This document shows, piece by piece, positions 25,802-38,200 of a DNA stretch of 64,000 nt. Where the stretch lies: contig CM026547.1 of assembly GCA_014905635.1 (NCBI GenBank), positions 4,650,001-4,714,000 on the forward strand, read 5' to 3'. The first letter of the stretch is position 1. The number at the start of each line of letters is the position of its first letter. The position numbers were made by a program, and so were the translations under genes. The notes under the pieces are model-generated. The model ran no database searches and was not told the DNA's origin. It worked only from the letters and a program-made list of their open reading frames with translations. Origin of the DNA: Scenedesmus sp. PABB004 (Eukaryota).

Positions 25802-26339
25802 ATGGACAGCCCGCCGTCCTGGGGCCCGGAGCAGCAGCAGCGCGCCGCCGCCGTCGCCGCCGCCCTCACCGCCGAGGGCAGGCCCACGACCGCCACGGAG
25901 GTCGCGGCCATCTTCAACATGTCAGACGCCGACATTGTGGCCGGCAAGGGCGTGGAGCTCGGCTTCGACAGCAGCGTCTTCAGCGTCGACTTGCTGGCGC
26001 GCGCGTGCGGCATCATCCCAACGGCGCCCGAGGGCGTCTGCCAGTTCTGCGACTAAGACCTCGACGGCATGCCGTCCAAGTTCCAGAAGTGGCGCGCGTG
26101 CGTGTGGTGCTGCCAGGTGCGGCGCGGCGCTTGTGCCTGCGCCTGCGCGCGCGCGCGCCTGCGCGCCGTGGGGCTGACATCAGCCCGCGTCGCCGCCGCC
26201 TGCCGCCGCGCGCTCTGCTCCGTAGCTGCCGAAGCTGCCCGGCATGCCCGGCCAGCGCTGGTGCTGGCGCTGCAAGAAGTCGGAGGCGGTGGGTGCGTTC
26301 GCGGGCCCAGACGACAGGCGCTGCACGCGCGCGGTCTAG
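25802..26339 (+). pseudogene. SBP (Squamosa-binding)-like zinc-finger gene interrupted by an in-frame TAA (26054) and ending or interrupted at TAG (26337)
   Basis: Reading across the TAA and intron 26117-26225 gives VCQFCD*DLDGMPSKFQKWRACVWCCQLPKLPGMPGQRWCWRCKKSEAVGAFAGPDDRRCTRAV*ALAD. This parallels SBP spacing CQ..C..DL....Y....VC..H....QRFCQQC.RFH....FD..KRSC. Confidence 0.55.
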
Positions 26340-26822
26340 GCGCTGGCGGACGCCACGGCGCAGGGGTGGGGGTGCCCTCACGCGGGCGGGTGCGCGGGCG
26401 GGCGGTCGGGCGGGCGGGCGGTCGGGCGGGCGGTCGGGCAGGGAGGCAGTTGGGCGCGCGGCGGCGGCGGGCGGCCGGCCCGGTTATGGAATCAGTTGCA
26501 CGCACGCGCGCTCGCGCGGCCCTCGCGCGCCCCCAGGCAGCCTGCATGCGGCTTCTCAGCGTCGTCGTGGCCGCCGCGGCGGCAGAAATCCGGCCGCCGC
26601 GCCGATCAGCGCCGGCGCCCCAGCGCACGCAGCACACGCAGGACACGACGCCGGCGCGGTCGCCCCCAACCAGATGCAGCGCCGGCTCTCGCGCGGCGCC
26701 TGCTGCGCGTGTTCACAGCGCGCACGTCACATGTGTGTGCCCACACAACCCGCCGGCGCATCACCCCCCGCTCATCCCGTTCAGCAGTGCATGCACAGCA
26801 CCACAGCACGGCAAGACGCCCC

Positions 26823-29800
26823 CTACGCATCAGCCCCCTCTGCGTCGACCGCCTCCCCCGCCGCCTCCGCCACGTCCTCGCCGCCGTCGGCGCCCGCCAG
26901 GCGCAGCGCCTCGGCCGCGCCGCCGCCGCCGGGCGGGCCCGCGCACAAGAGCGGCGCAAAGTGCTTGACCGCGACCGCGGGCATGGCGCACAGCAGCTGC
27001 TCCCCCGCCTCGCCCCAGAGGCCCTCGCACTCGTCTGGCAGGCCCGGCTCCTGCTTGGCGACATGCCCCAGGCACAGCAGGAGCTGCCGCAGCGCCGGCA
27101 GCGCCGCGAGGCCCCGCTGCAGCGTCGCCAGCAGCGCGGCCACCGACGCGCGGCTGTGCAGCGGCAGCAGCGTCACCGCCTCGCCGCTGCGGCGGTCCTT
27201 GACCCCGGCGTGTGCCCCCGCAAACGTGGCCGGGCGGTGCACGACCGCCAGGCGGCGCAGGTTGAGCAGCTGCCGCGGCGCCGCCAGCCCGCCGCCGCCG
27301 CCGCGCGGCGGCGCGGCCCCGGGGTCGCCGAGCGCGCCCGCGCGCACCAGGCCCCACAGGTGGTGCGGCGACAGCGCCCACTCCTGCAGCGCGCCCCAGA
27401 CCACCGGCAGCGCCGCGAGCTGCGCGGTCGTGAGCTCCGCGGGGTCGGCCCAGGCGCCCGCGGCGCGGCGCGCCGCGCCGCCCGCGCCGGCCGCAAAGCC
27501 CGCGCCGCCCTGCCAGCTGGCGCGCTTCTGCGCCGCGCCGGGGTTGGCGCGCACCTGCAGCAGCTGCAGCCGCTCCAGGCGCGCGCCCGCGGCGGACAGC
27601 AGCTGCGCCAGCGCGCCGCTCGAGGCGTGCACCTTGAACAGGCACAGCGCCGACAGCGCGGGCAGGCGCCGCTGCGCGGCGGCCGCGTAACTGCGGCTGC
27701 GCTTGCCGTCGCCGCCGGGCTGCTCCAGCACAAACACCTCGGCGCCGTCGGCGGGGCTGCCGCCGCCGGCGTCCGCGCCGGGGCGCTTGAGGCCCGACAG
27801 CGGCCGGCCCATCCGCGTCGGTGAGCTGCCGCCCGAGCCGGCCGCCTCGGCGGCCGCCTGCAGCGCCGACAGGCGCAGCACGCCCAGGCCGCCCATGCAG
27901 TCGCACAGGCGCTGCGCCGCGGGGCAGCCGAGCGGCGCCGGCCCCGCCGGCCGCCCGCACGCCCGGCACGTCTGCGCGCCCTGCTGCGCCGGCGCCGCGG
28001 GCAGCAGCTGCCACGGCCCCGTGAGCGTGAGCTGCCGCAGCCCGGTGGGCAGGTCGTCGAGCTGCAGCTGCACGAGCAGCCCCGCCGCGGTGGCGGCGGT
28101 CGCGCCGCCGGCGTCCGCGGCGCGCGCCTTGTCGCCGACCGCCGCGGCAAACAGCGCGCCACCGCCGCTGCTGTGCTGCACGAGGTCGCCGTCGTCGTCG
28201 TCGTCCTCGCCCAGCAGCACGAGCTCCAGCGAGCGCAGCGCGCCCAGCCGGCGCAGCGCGGCGCTCACGCTGCTGGGCGCGGCGCCGTCCGCCGCCGCGG
28301 CGGCGTCCAGGCGCAGCAGGTCGGGGTCGCTGCCGCCGCCGCCGCCGCCGCCGTCCAGCTGCATCGGCGAGGGCAGCTCGCCCGACGGCGTCGCCTCGGC
28401 GGCCGCGCCCGCCGCCGCGAGGCCGCCGCCCGCGAGCAGCGCAAAGCGCGCCTCCAGCGCCTCGAGCCGGGGCGCGCTCTTCGCCAGCGTCGCGAGCAGC
28501 TGCGGCGACAGCGGCAGCAGCGGCCCCAGGATCAGCCGCTCAAGGCCGCCCGGCAGGCACGACAGCGCCGTCAGCAGCTGCGCCTGCTGCCGCGGCTCTT
28601 GGAAGGTGGCCGCGGCCCTGCGGGGCCGCAAGCAGGGGGGCAGTGCGTGGGTGAGCGTGCGCGCGCAGGCCGGGCGGTCGCGCGCCCCTGCGCGCCGCGC
28701 GGCGCGCGCCTGAGCGTGAGGCAGCGCAGCGCCGTGAACTGCCCCAGCGTGGCGGCGTGCTCCGGCTGCAGCACGGCCACGTCCAGGCCAGCGAGGCCCG
28801 TCTTGTGCGCCAGCAGGCCCAGGTCGAGCCCCGGGTGCGGCCGCGCCGGGTTGAGGCGCAGCGGCTCCGCGGCGGGCGTGAGCGACGTGAGCAGCGTCAG
28901 CGCCGGGAGCTGGGCGATGGCCTGGGGGCGCGGCACGGGGGCAGGTGAGCCGGCGGCGCAGGCAGCGAGGGGCAGGCTGCGCGGCGCGCGGCCTGCGGGG
29001 TTGGCGGCGCGCGCCGGCGCGCACCTCCCAGCCCTCCACGCTGAGGGGCGCCGCGCTGGCGAGGCGGCAGAGGTTGGTGAGGGCGCTGACGACGCGCAGG
29101 TGCCCAAACTTGCCGTCCACCGCGAGGCTGGTGAGCTGCGTGAGCCGGCCGAGCGCCGCCGACAGCGCCGGCGCGAGCGGGTGCGCGCGCCCGCCGAGCG
29201 AGCGGCGCCACATCGGGAGCGACAGCTCCTGCGGGCGCGCGGTCAGCGCGGTCGGCGCGGGCCCGGCGCGGCGCGCGTGCCGCCGCGCTGCGCCGCACGG
29301 CGCGCGCCACGTGCCTGCAGCTGCTGCAGGTTGCCCAGCGCCTCGAGCGCGCGCGGCACGTCGTGGTGCTGGCTGCTGCCGTCAAAGATGATCCCAAACT
29401 CCAGCGCGCGCAGCTGAGAGAGCCCCGCGATGATGCCCACCTCGGCCGCCGTCTCGAGTGGGTTGTTGGCCAGCCTGGCGCACGCGGCGGCGGCGCACGG
29501 GCGGCGGCACGTCGGGCGCGGCGGCGCGCGCTGCACGTGGTGGTGGCGCGCGCACGCACACCCACACCCGCCCACCCACCTGAGCTGCGTGAGGGCGGTG
29601 AGCTGGCGCAGGCAGCCGAAGAGGTGCGGCTCATTCCAGAAGCAGTCAGACACCGACAGCGACGCGAGGCGCGGCGACAGCGCGCCCGCCGCGCCCGCGA
29701 GCGCGTCCCAGAGGCTCGCGGCCTCGAGGTTGTCAAAGTCCTCGAGCTCGTGCAGCTCGCGCAGGCGCAGGCGCTCCAGCCCCGGCAGCGCGCACAGCAG

Positions 29801-30441
29801 CGCGGCCATGTCCTGCGAGAGCGCGCGGCGCGGCGTGGGCGCGCCGCGGCGCGGCGCGGGCGGCGCGGCGCGCCCGCACTGCCGCGGGAGCGGCGGCGTC
29901 CCCTGCCCTGCCCCGGAGCGCGGGCCGGCCCGCCCGCGGCCGCACCTGGGTGTAGGACGCGGCGTAGTCGCGCGTGCTCGAGCCCGTCACGCGCAGGCGC
30001 ACGGCGCCGGGGAACGCGGCCGCGAGCGCCGCGCAGCGCGCCGCCGCGCCCGGCGCCGGCGCCGCGTCGCTGTCGTCGCTGCCGGGCCAGGGCGCGGCGG
30101 GGCCGACGAAGACCTCGGCAAACTGCGGCGCGAGCGCGCCGTGCCAGGTGCGGCAGACAGCGCGCAGCTTGGCGCGGCTCGCGGGGCAGCAGCGGCGGCC
30201 CAGAGCCTGCGAGGCGGGTGCCGAGGCGGGTGAGGTAGGGCGCGGCGACGGCAGGGCGCGGCGAAGGCCGGCGGCGGCCGCGGCGGCGGCGGCGTGAGCA
30301 GCGGCGGCGCCCCGGCCGCCGCGCCTGCATCGCCACGGCGGGCAGGTGCCCCCAGTCCCGAGCCTCCTCCATTCTGGGCGCGTCCAGGCCCTGGCCGGCC
30401 GCTGCGAGGCTGCCCGGGCCGAGTGGTTGGTGCTGTTGCAT
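26823..30441 (-). CDS. F-box-like/LRR (RNI-like) protein
   Basis: N-terminal DWGHLPAVAMQ|ALGRRCCPASRAKLRAVCRTWHGAL (F-box-like), followed by LRR-type motifs LPGLERLRL, LTALTQL, LSQLRALEF, LTQLTSLAV and LPALRQLLL. Start is at 30441 or 30372; stop is TAG at 26825-26823. Confidence 0.7.
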
Positions 30442-31110
30442 CCTGCTGTTGCTGCTGCTGTTGTCGTCCCGCGCCCGCTGAGCTCACGGCGCCGGCAGCA
30501 CGGGCGCCATCGTACAACCCGCGCACTCAGCTCACAGCGCGGATCAGGCGACGCGTGCGTGGGCCGGACGGCGGTCGGCGCGCGGCCGGCGCGGGCGTGG
30601 AGGACCCGGGGCCGCTGCTGCGCCGCCGGCTGATGATGCCTCGGGCCTGTGGCGACACCGCACGGCACTGCGGCGCCGTGCGAAACTCCCCAGCGATCGA
30701 ATCCTCGTTCCGGACGGGAGCACAAGAAAACGGGGGCGGGGTGCGCCTGGGACGACCAACATGCAGCGGGGCAACGACTGGGGCGTGCGCCGGGGGCGCC
30801 GCGCGGCGCGCCGTCGGCGGCGGCTCAGCACGGCGCGCGCCGGTCGCGGGCGGCGCGGCGCGCGCCGGTCGTCTGCGCCGCCAGTTGCATGATTGTGCGC
30901 CGGCGGGCCGCGCGCCGCTCGTGCGTCGGCAGTGGCCGCGCGGCGGCTCGGGCCGCCGCCGGCGCGCGCGCGCGCGTTGAAATAGGTCCCAAGCGCCCCG
31001 CACACACGCTCCCCACGCGCGCGCACACGCCACCGCTGTTCAGTGCCGCCGCCGCCGCAGACCCACTCGATCGCGCGCTCGCCCCGCAACGGCCGCCGCG
31101 CACGCGCCCC

Positions 31111-31655
31111 TCACATGGGGCAGCTCCCGCGGCTGGCGCGCCCCCGGCCCACCATCTTGCCGGCGCCGCTGTTCTGCAGCTGGCGCACGAGCGCGCCCGC
31201 CGCGACCGAGAGCTCCGGCGTGAGCTTGAACGCCGCGGGGTCGGCGGTCGTGCTCAGCGGGAGGCGCCAGACCTCGTCCGGCGCGTCGGCGTCATCGCCG
31301 GCGGCCGCCGCCGCGTCGGCAGGCGCGGCCCCCTTCTTGCCGCCGCCGGGCGTCGCTGGCGGCGCCGGCGACCCCGCCGCGGCGCCGCCGTCCGCGCCGG
31401 CCTCGCCGAGCGGCTGCATCATGGCGGCCTGGCGCGCGGCGCGGATCTCCGCGACCTGCGCCCGGTGCGCCTCGACCTTCTGCTCCAGGCTGCCGCTCGG
31501 CATGCCCTCGCCCCCCGTGAACGACAGGTGCGACGCGCCGTCGGCGAGCGGCGGCGTCGACGGCGGCGGCGTCCAGGCCGCGTCGCCGCCGGGCTCCTCC
31601 TCGCCCGCCGGCGCGCCGGCGGGGGACGTCGGCGAGCGCGGCGACGCGAGCGCCG

Positions 31656-31720
<65 letters not shown>

Positions 31721-31933
31721 TCCGCCGCCTCGGCCGCCGCCGCCTCGGGCTCGGGCGAGCCCGGCCCGCCGTCGGCGCTGGGCAGCGCGCCGGAGTTGAA
31801 GCTGGGGGAGGTCGCGAGCGTGCCGGGGCGGGGGAAGAGGCTGGGCCCGGGGGGCTTGGCGGCCATGGCCATCATCGAAAACATGGCCTCACGCCGCACC
31901 CGCGCCTGCGCAGAAGGCGCGCACACGAGCGCA

Positions 31934-31965
<32 letters not shown>

Positions 31966-34181
31966 CGGCGGCGACGGCGGCGGCGGCGGCGGCGGCGGTG
32001 GCGGAAGAGTGGGCAGCGCGCGCGCTGCCTGCGTGCGCGGCGCGCCGACGCGCATGCGGCCGCGCCGCGCCGCGCCGCGCCCCCGGCGCACCAGGCGAGG
32101 GTCGCGCGCCGCCTTGAGGTGCTGGTCCAGCTCCGCCTGCTCCGCGCACAGCCGCTCCCACGCCGCCTGGTGCTCCGGCTCGAGCGGTATGGCCAGCCAC
32201 GGGTGTGACACCACCTCGGCCGCGTCCGGCCGCTTCTCCTACGCGCGGATGCGAGCGCGCGGCGCGGCGGCGGCGGCGCGTCGCGCGCCGGCGTCTCCGC
32301 GGCGGGGGCGCGCAGGGCCTGCCCCGCCGCGCGCGCCGCCCCCGCCGCACCTCCTCCATGGCCAGCAGCCGGTCCAGCAGGTCGCAGCACGCCGGGCTCA
32401 GCACGCCGCGCCGCAGCGCGTCGGCCGCGCGCGGGTGGCGGCGCCAGCCCGCCTTTTGCTGCTGCAGCCACACCTGCCGCCGCGGCGGCGGCGGCGCGCC
32501 GCGCGCTCGGCGGCGGGCCCGGCTGGCCGCGCACGTCGCGCGCGTGCCACGCACACGTCGCGCGCGCCGCGCGCGCGCCGCGGCCCGCACCTCGTTGGCG
32601 GCCTTGGGGCTGTTTGGGTCGGCGTTGCACTCGGTGTGGTCAAAGGGGAAGGTGCCGAGGAGCATCACAAACATGAGCACCCCCGCCGCCCACATGTCGG
32701 CCTTGACGCCGCTGTACCCGCTCGCGCACTGCTTGGACGCCAGCATCTGCGCGGCGGGCGTCCGCAGGCGGCGCGGCGGGCTCGGCGCGGGCTCGGCGGC
32801 GCGCTGCCGGCACGCACGCGGCGCGGGTGTGCGGCGGCGGCGGTGGTCGGCGGCGGTGTGGTGGTCGGCGCGCGCCTGTGGGCTCATGTAGACGGGCGTC
32901 CCGATCGCGGTGTGCATCGTCGCGTCGGCCCCGGTCCAGCGCTTGGCAAAGCCAAAGTCGCAGATCTTGAGCCGCGGCGGGCCGACGATGCAGGCCTCGA
33001 GCAGCGTGTTGTCCAGCTTCAGGTCCCTGATGGTTGGTTTTGGTGGTGGTGTGTGTGTGTGTGGGGGGGGGCAGGGGGAGCGGGCGCGTGGGCGCGGGTA
33101 CGGAGGTCCAGCACGTGCGACAGCGGCGGTGCGCGGCGCGGCGCGGCGGTGCGCGGCGGTGCGCGGCGGTGTTCTCTCTCTCCCCGCTGCCCGCGCCCGC
33201 ACCGGTGCGCGACCTTGTGTGCGTGGCAGTAGGCGAGGCCTGCCATGAACTGGCGCAGGTAGTAGCTCGCCTCCGGCTCGGCCATGAACAGACCGCCGCG
33301 CTGCAGCGCCGTCTCCCACAGGCAGCTCACCTCGGTCGTCAGGCTGCCGCCTGCGGAGGCGGCGGGGGCGAGGGGGGCGGCGCGGCCGAGCGCGCGCGTG
33401 CGCGGGCTCGGGCGCGGCACGGGGGCGCGGCCGGGGCGCTCGCGCCGCCGCTGCTTTTTGCCTCGCCGCCGCCGCTGGCGCCGCTGCTCGCTCCCGCCGC
33501 CGCTGCGCCGCGCCGCGCACCCGACGCGTATTCGAGCACCATGGCGAGGTGGCTGCGCGTGAGGATGAGCTCGTGCACGCTGATGAGGTTCAGGCTGCCC
33601 TCGCCCAGCTCAGCCTGGATCTCAACCTGCACGCGGCGGCGGACGCGGCGGACGCGGCGGCACGCAGGGGTCGGCGCGCGTCCGGCGTGCTGCCGGCGGC
33701 GGCGCGCGTGGCGCACGGGGCGGCCGCGCGGGCGTGCTCCCGCCGGCGGGCGCACCTCTGCGAGCAGGAAGGGGATGGCGCCCTTGGCGAGCGGGCGGGG
33801 CACAAACTTGACGGCCACGACCTTGCCGCTCGCGAGGTCGCGGCAGAGGAAGGTGCGGCCGCTGCCGCCGCTGCCGAGCTCATAGAGCACGTCAAACACG
33901 CCGTGCACGCCCAGCTCGGGCAGCGGCTCGCCCGTGGCCATGTCAAACTGGGGCCCCCGCTTGGCCGCGGGCGCGGTGCCCCCGCCGCCGCTGCCGCCGG
34001 CGCCGGCGCCGCTGCCGCTGCGGCCGCGCGGCTTGCGGGGCCGCGGCGCGCGCCCGCCGCCGCTGCTGCCGTTGGCCATGGCCGCCGCGTGCGCCTCCTC
34101 CGAGCGCGCCGAGTCGTGGGTTGCCGACTCCCCCTTGCGCGGCACATCCTCCGCCGCGGGGCTGCTCAGGCAGGCACCCAT
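31111..34181 (-). CDS. SnRK2-like Ser/Thr protein kinase with N-myristoylation/palmitoylation motif
   Basis: MGACLSS start; LGSGGSG, VAVKF, HLAMVLEYASGG, AYCHAHKVAHRDLKLDNTLL, RLKICDFGFAK, TAIGTPVYMSPQ, YSGVKADMWAAGVLMFVMLLGTFPFD, HPWL; low-complexity C-terminal tail. Confidence 0.92.
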
Positions 34182-35298
34182 TGCTGCCGCCCGCGCAGGC
34201 GGCGCTGTCGCCGCCGCCGCTGCCGCCTGCAGGCTCCGCCGGGCTCAGCCCCGCAGTGTCATGCTGCCGGGGGACTCGCAGGCGCGCTGCCGCGCCCCAG
34301 ATCGCGCGCTGGTGCGCTGGGGTTGCGGGCGCGGACGATGGCGCTGTCGCGTTCCTGGCGTGCACGGGGATCGTCGCGCGCGCGGGTTCCGGAGTCGGCG
34401 GGTCGGAGTGCATGCGAGCGGGGCGCGGCAGAGCCCGGCGGGGGGTCTTGGGGTTGTCGCGGCGGCTCGGCGTCAGCGGCGCTGTTGGGCGCGGCGTTTT
34501 GGCGCAGACGGGTGCTCACCGGTCTGCCGCCCCGCCAGCGACGTGACCAGGCCCCACTCCCTGACTCCCTGACACCGCCGGCCGCCGCCCGTGAGTGCAG
34601 TGCCGCCGGGCTCGACGCCTCGGCCGTCTGAATGCGCGGACCAATCAACCAAACACAACCTGCGACAAAGGGGCAGCACAGAAAACAGCCCACACCAGAC
34701 GCACACGGTTCCTTCTTGCTTTCCATGTCCCGTTCCAGCCGTTTCCATGCAGTCAGCACCGCCGGCGCTGGCGGGCGCGCGGCCGCCGCCGCTCGGGGGA
34801 GCGTCTCCCCGTCCCCGCGGCAGCGGCGCCGTCAGCGGCGCGCACATCAAACTCGAGCCTGCGCCCTGGCAGGCCGCACGGCGATCACGCACCGCGCGGG
34901 CGGGCCCACAAGGCCCGCCACCACCACCCTGAGCTGCCCTGGTGGTACACAGATGATGGGGGGGGGGGGGGGTGGTGTGGGGGGGGGGGGGGGGGGAGCG
35001 CACGCCGACCGGCGCCCGGCCGGCGGCGGCGCATGCGCCCATTCAGGCCCCGCGTGGCGCGCTGCGCGCGGGCTGTGGCGGCCGGGGGCGGCGCCCCCGG
35101 CCTGCAGCCCGGCGCGCGGCGGCGGCCCGCTGCCTCCCTGCGGCCCCGCACAGACGCGCACCGAGGGTGCGCTCCGGGCACTGCAGTGCGAGCGCTCCCG
35201 CCGCGCGGCCGCGCGGCGCTCACGCGCCCCTCGCAACTCGTGCACTCGCCGCCAGGCGCGCCGGCGCGCGCGCGCGCGGCCGGCCGCCGCCCAGCTCA

Positions 35299-38200
35299 TC
35301 AGCTGATGGTGCAGCCGCACCCGGGCGCGGCGCCGCCGGGGAAGCCGAGGTCGGCCAGACCCGGCACGTAGCTGCCGAGCGCCGACATCACCGCCCGGTC
35401 GCCCGGCCACGCCTGCAGCGTGGCGAGCACGTCGGCCATGCGCGGGCGCTCGTGCGGCTCGGCCGCCCAGCACGCGGCGATGAGGTCGCACACGGGCGGC
35501 GGGAAGTGCGGCGGCATCGGCGGCCGGTACCCGCCCGCCACGAGCTGCGCGTACGCGAGCAGCAGCTGCGGCTCCGGCAGCGCGTCCGCGTCGCGCTCGC
35601 TGCCGCGGTCGCTGTCGCCGCTGCCCGCGGACGCGAGCGCGAGCGCGGCGCCACCGCGGGCCTTGGCGCCGCGGCGGCTGCGGTTGTGCCCGACCGCCGC
35701 GGCGCAGTGGCCGACCAGCAGGCTCCGCGAGAGCAGCTCATACAGCAGCACGCCAAAGGCAAACACGTCGACTTTCTCCGTCGGTCTGCGCCCAGCAGGC
35801 ACAGCGCCGCGGCGGGCGAGGCGGTGGCGGGAGTGAGGCGTGAGGTCTGCAGGCGCGCGCTGGCCGGGCGGGCGGTCCGCCCGCCGGCGCGCCGGCCCCG
35901 TCCCTCGCAGCATTCGCGTGCGCGCGCGCCGCACCGCTGGCCGCTGAGCAGCTCCGGCGCGGCGTAGAGCAGCGAGTAGTCGCGGCTCGCCGTCAGCCCG
36001 GCGGCGCGCTCGACGGTGAAGCGCACGCGCTTGGTCGTCCCGGCCCCGGCCTTGCTCGCGGGCGGCGTCGCCGCGGCCGGCCCGCACGCGTCGTGGCAGC
36101 TGGCGCTGTCGTCGGCGCCGCTGCCGGTCGTGCCCAGGCTGTCGCCGCGCGCCGGCGCCTCCTCGGCGGCGCCGTCGATGTCGCTGTCGCTGTCGCTGGC
36201 GTGGCCGCCGCCGCGGCCGCAGCTGCCGCTGCCGGACCCGCTGCTGCCGCTGCCGCTGCGGTGCGACAGCAGCAGGCCGAGTGTGAGCCCGCGGCCGAGG
36301 CTGTGCGGCCCGCCGCCGGCCACGCCCGCGCGTGGGAGGCCGCGGTGCAGCGCCGGCGCGTCGCCGGCGGGCTCGCCGCCGTCCTGGTCGCGCGCGCCGC
36401 CGGGCGCGGCGGGCGAGTCCCCGAAGAACTGCGCGCCGCCGTGCGCGGTGCCCTCACGGCTGGGCGGGCAGCTGCCGATGACGCTCTCGGTCGCGATGCT
36501 GCTCGTCTCCTCGCGTATGCAGTCGATCGCCGTGAGCGCGGCAAACGCGCTGTTGCTGCCGTGCTGCTTGCTCTCGATCGGCGCCGGCGCGCCCGCCCGC
36601 AGGCTGCCGCCGCGCTCCAGCGCCGCGCCGCCGCCGCACGCCGGCGCGGCGCCGAGCTGCGGCGCGCTCGCGAAGCTCGCAAACGGCGCGTCCCAGGCGT
36701 GGCACGCGCCGCCGCCGCCGCCGTGCGCCGCCGCCGGCAGCTGGCGCTGCTGCATGAGGCTGCCCGGCGCCAGTGTGTACTGGCAGTCGCGCACGCGCCT
36801 GCGCGGCGGCGGCGGACGGCGGCGGCGGACGGCGCGGCGGTGAGCGGCGGCGCGCGGCAGCCAGCCTGCAAGCGCAGGGCGGCGGCGCAGCGGCAGCCAG
36901 CCAGCAGCGCCGGGCAGCGGCGCACCGCGGCACCACGCCCTCGTCGTCGGCGAGGTCAGCAAAGAGGTCGAGCAGCACGCTGTGCACCGTGCCGCACGGG
37001 CTTGCCGCGCCGCTGGGGCTCAGCTCCCAGCCCAGCGCGTCCGGCCCCGCCGGCGCGAGCAGCGGCTGCGGCTGGGCGGCGCGCGCGGACCGCGGCGCGG
37101 GCTCGGCCTCGCCGGCCGAGTGCGCGTGCTGCAGCGCGCCGCCGCCCGCCAGCGGCGCCTCGGCCGCCACGAGCGCCGTGGGCGGCAGGAGGTGGCCGTG
37201 GTGCACCTGCTCCTCGCCGCCCTCGCCCGGCTCGTGCAGCATCGCCGCCGGCGCCGACTTGGCATGCGGCAGCTGCGCCGCCGTCGGCGCCGCCGCCGCA
37301 GAGCGACTGTCGTCCTCGCTGTCATCGTCGCCGCCGTCGCTGCCCTCGCCACGGTCGCGCTGCGGCGTCGCGGCGCGCGGCCGATACCCGCGCGCTGAGC
37401 AGTCGCCCCAGCCCTCGCCCGGCTGCGCCAGCGCAGCCGCCTGCTGCAGCAGATCGCCCGCGCCCGCGCCAGCCGCCGCGGCGTCCTCGTCGTCGGCGTC
37501 GGCCGCCAGGCTCAGCAGCGCCACCGCACCGCCCTTGGCCGCGCTGCCGCTGCCGCTAGCGCTCGCGGTGCTGCTGGCGCTGTCGCTGAGGCACGGCGGG
37601 CGACCGCTGCGCCGCCGGCAGCCGGCCTCGCCGCCGCCCCCGGCCTCGTCCGCGCCCGCGGGCTCGCCGGCCGAGCCGTCGCCGCCGCACACGGCGGGCG
37701 GCTGCTGCCCCGCGGCGAGCTGCTGCTCCGCAATCTCCGACGCGCTCAGGCAGGACGTGATGGCGAGGCTGCGAGGCGTGCCGCCGCCGCGCGGCGCCGT
37801 GGGGCTGGCGGCGCCGGCGTGCGCGTCCGCGCCGCCGTCGTCGAGGCCGCCGCCGGGGTGCCACGTCGCCGCGCCGGCGCACGCGCCGCCCGACCGCACG
37901 CGGCGCGGCGCGATGGCCACCGGCTGGCTGTGCGAGCGCGCCAGCGCGTCGCAGCCGTCGCCGGCCGCGGCCGCGCCAGCCCCGCCGCCGCCTGGCGCGG
38001 CGCCGCCGGCGCGCCACGCCGCGCCGCCGACCGGCAGCGAGGCGTGCCGCGCAACGCGCCCCTGGTCGCGCTGCTGGCCGTCGGGGTCGCTGCTGCAGCT
38101 GCTGCTCGTCGGCGGCGCGGGCAGGCACGCGCTGCTGCCGGCGCTGCTGGCGCTGCTGCGCTCGAGCGCGAATTGCGCGAGGCTGCTCTGCGCCGCCCCG

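Noticed and set aside
26054..26825. Genome-wide reassignment of TAA/TAG to an amino acid (nearly all genes here end in TGA, and the SBP-like gene has internal TAA/TAG)
   Set aside because: No internal TAA/TAG was seen in the conserved genes. The F-box/LRR gene appears to end at TAG (26825-26823), and TGA preference is expected at this GC content.
30690..30720. B-box-like GATCGAATCC upstream of the F-box/LRR gene
   Set aside because: It is a single short imperfect match with no tRNA-like structure around it.
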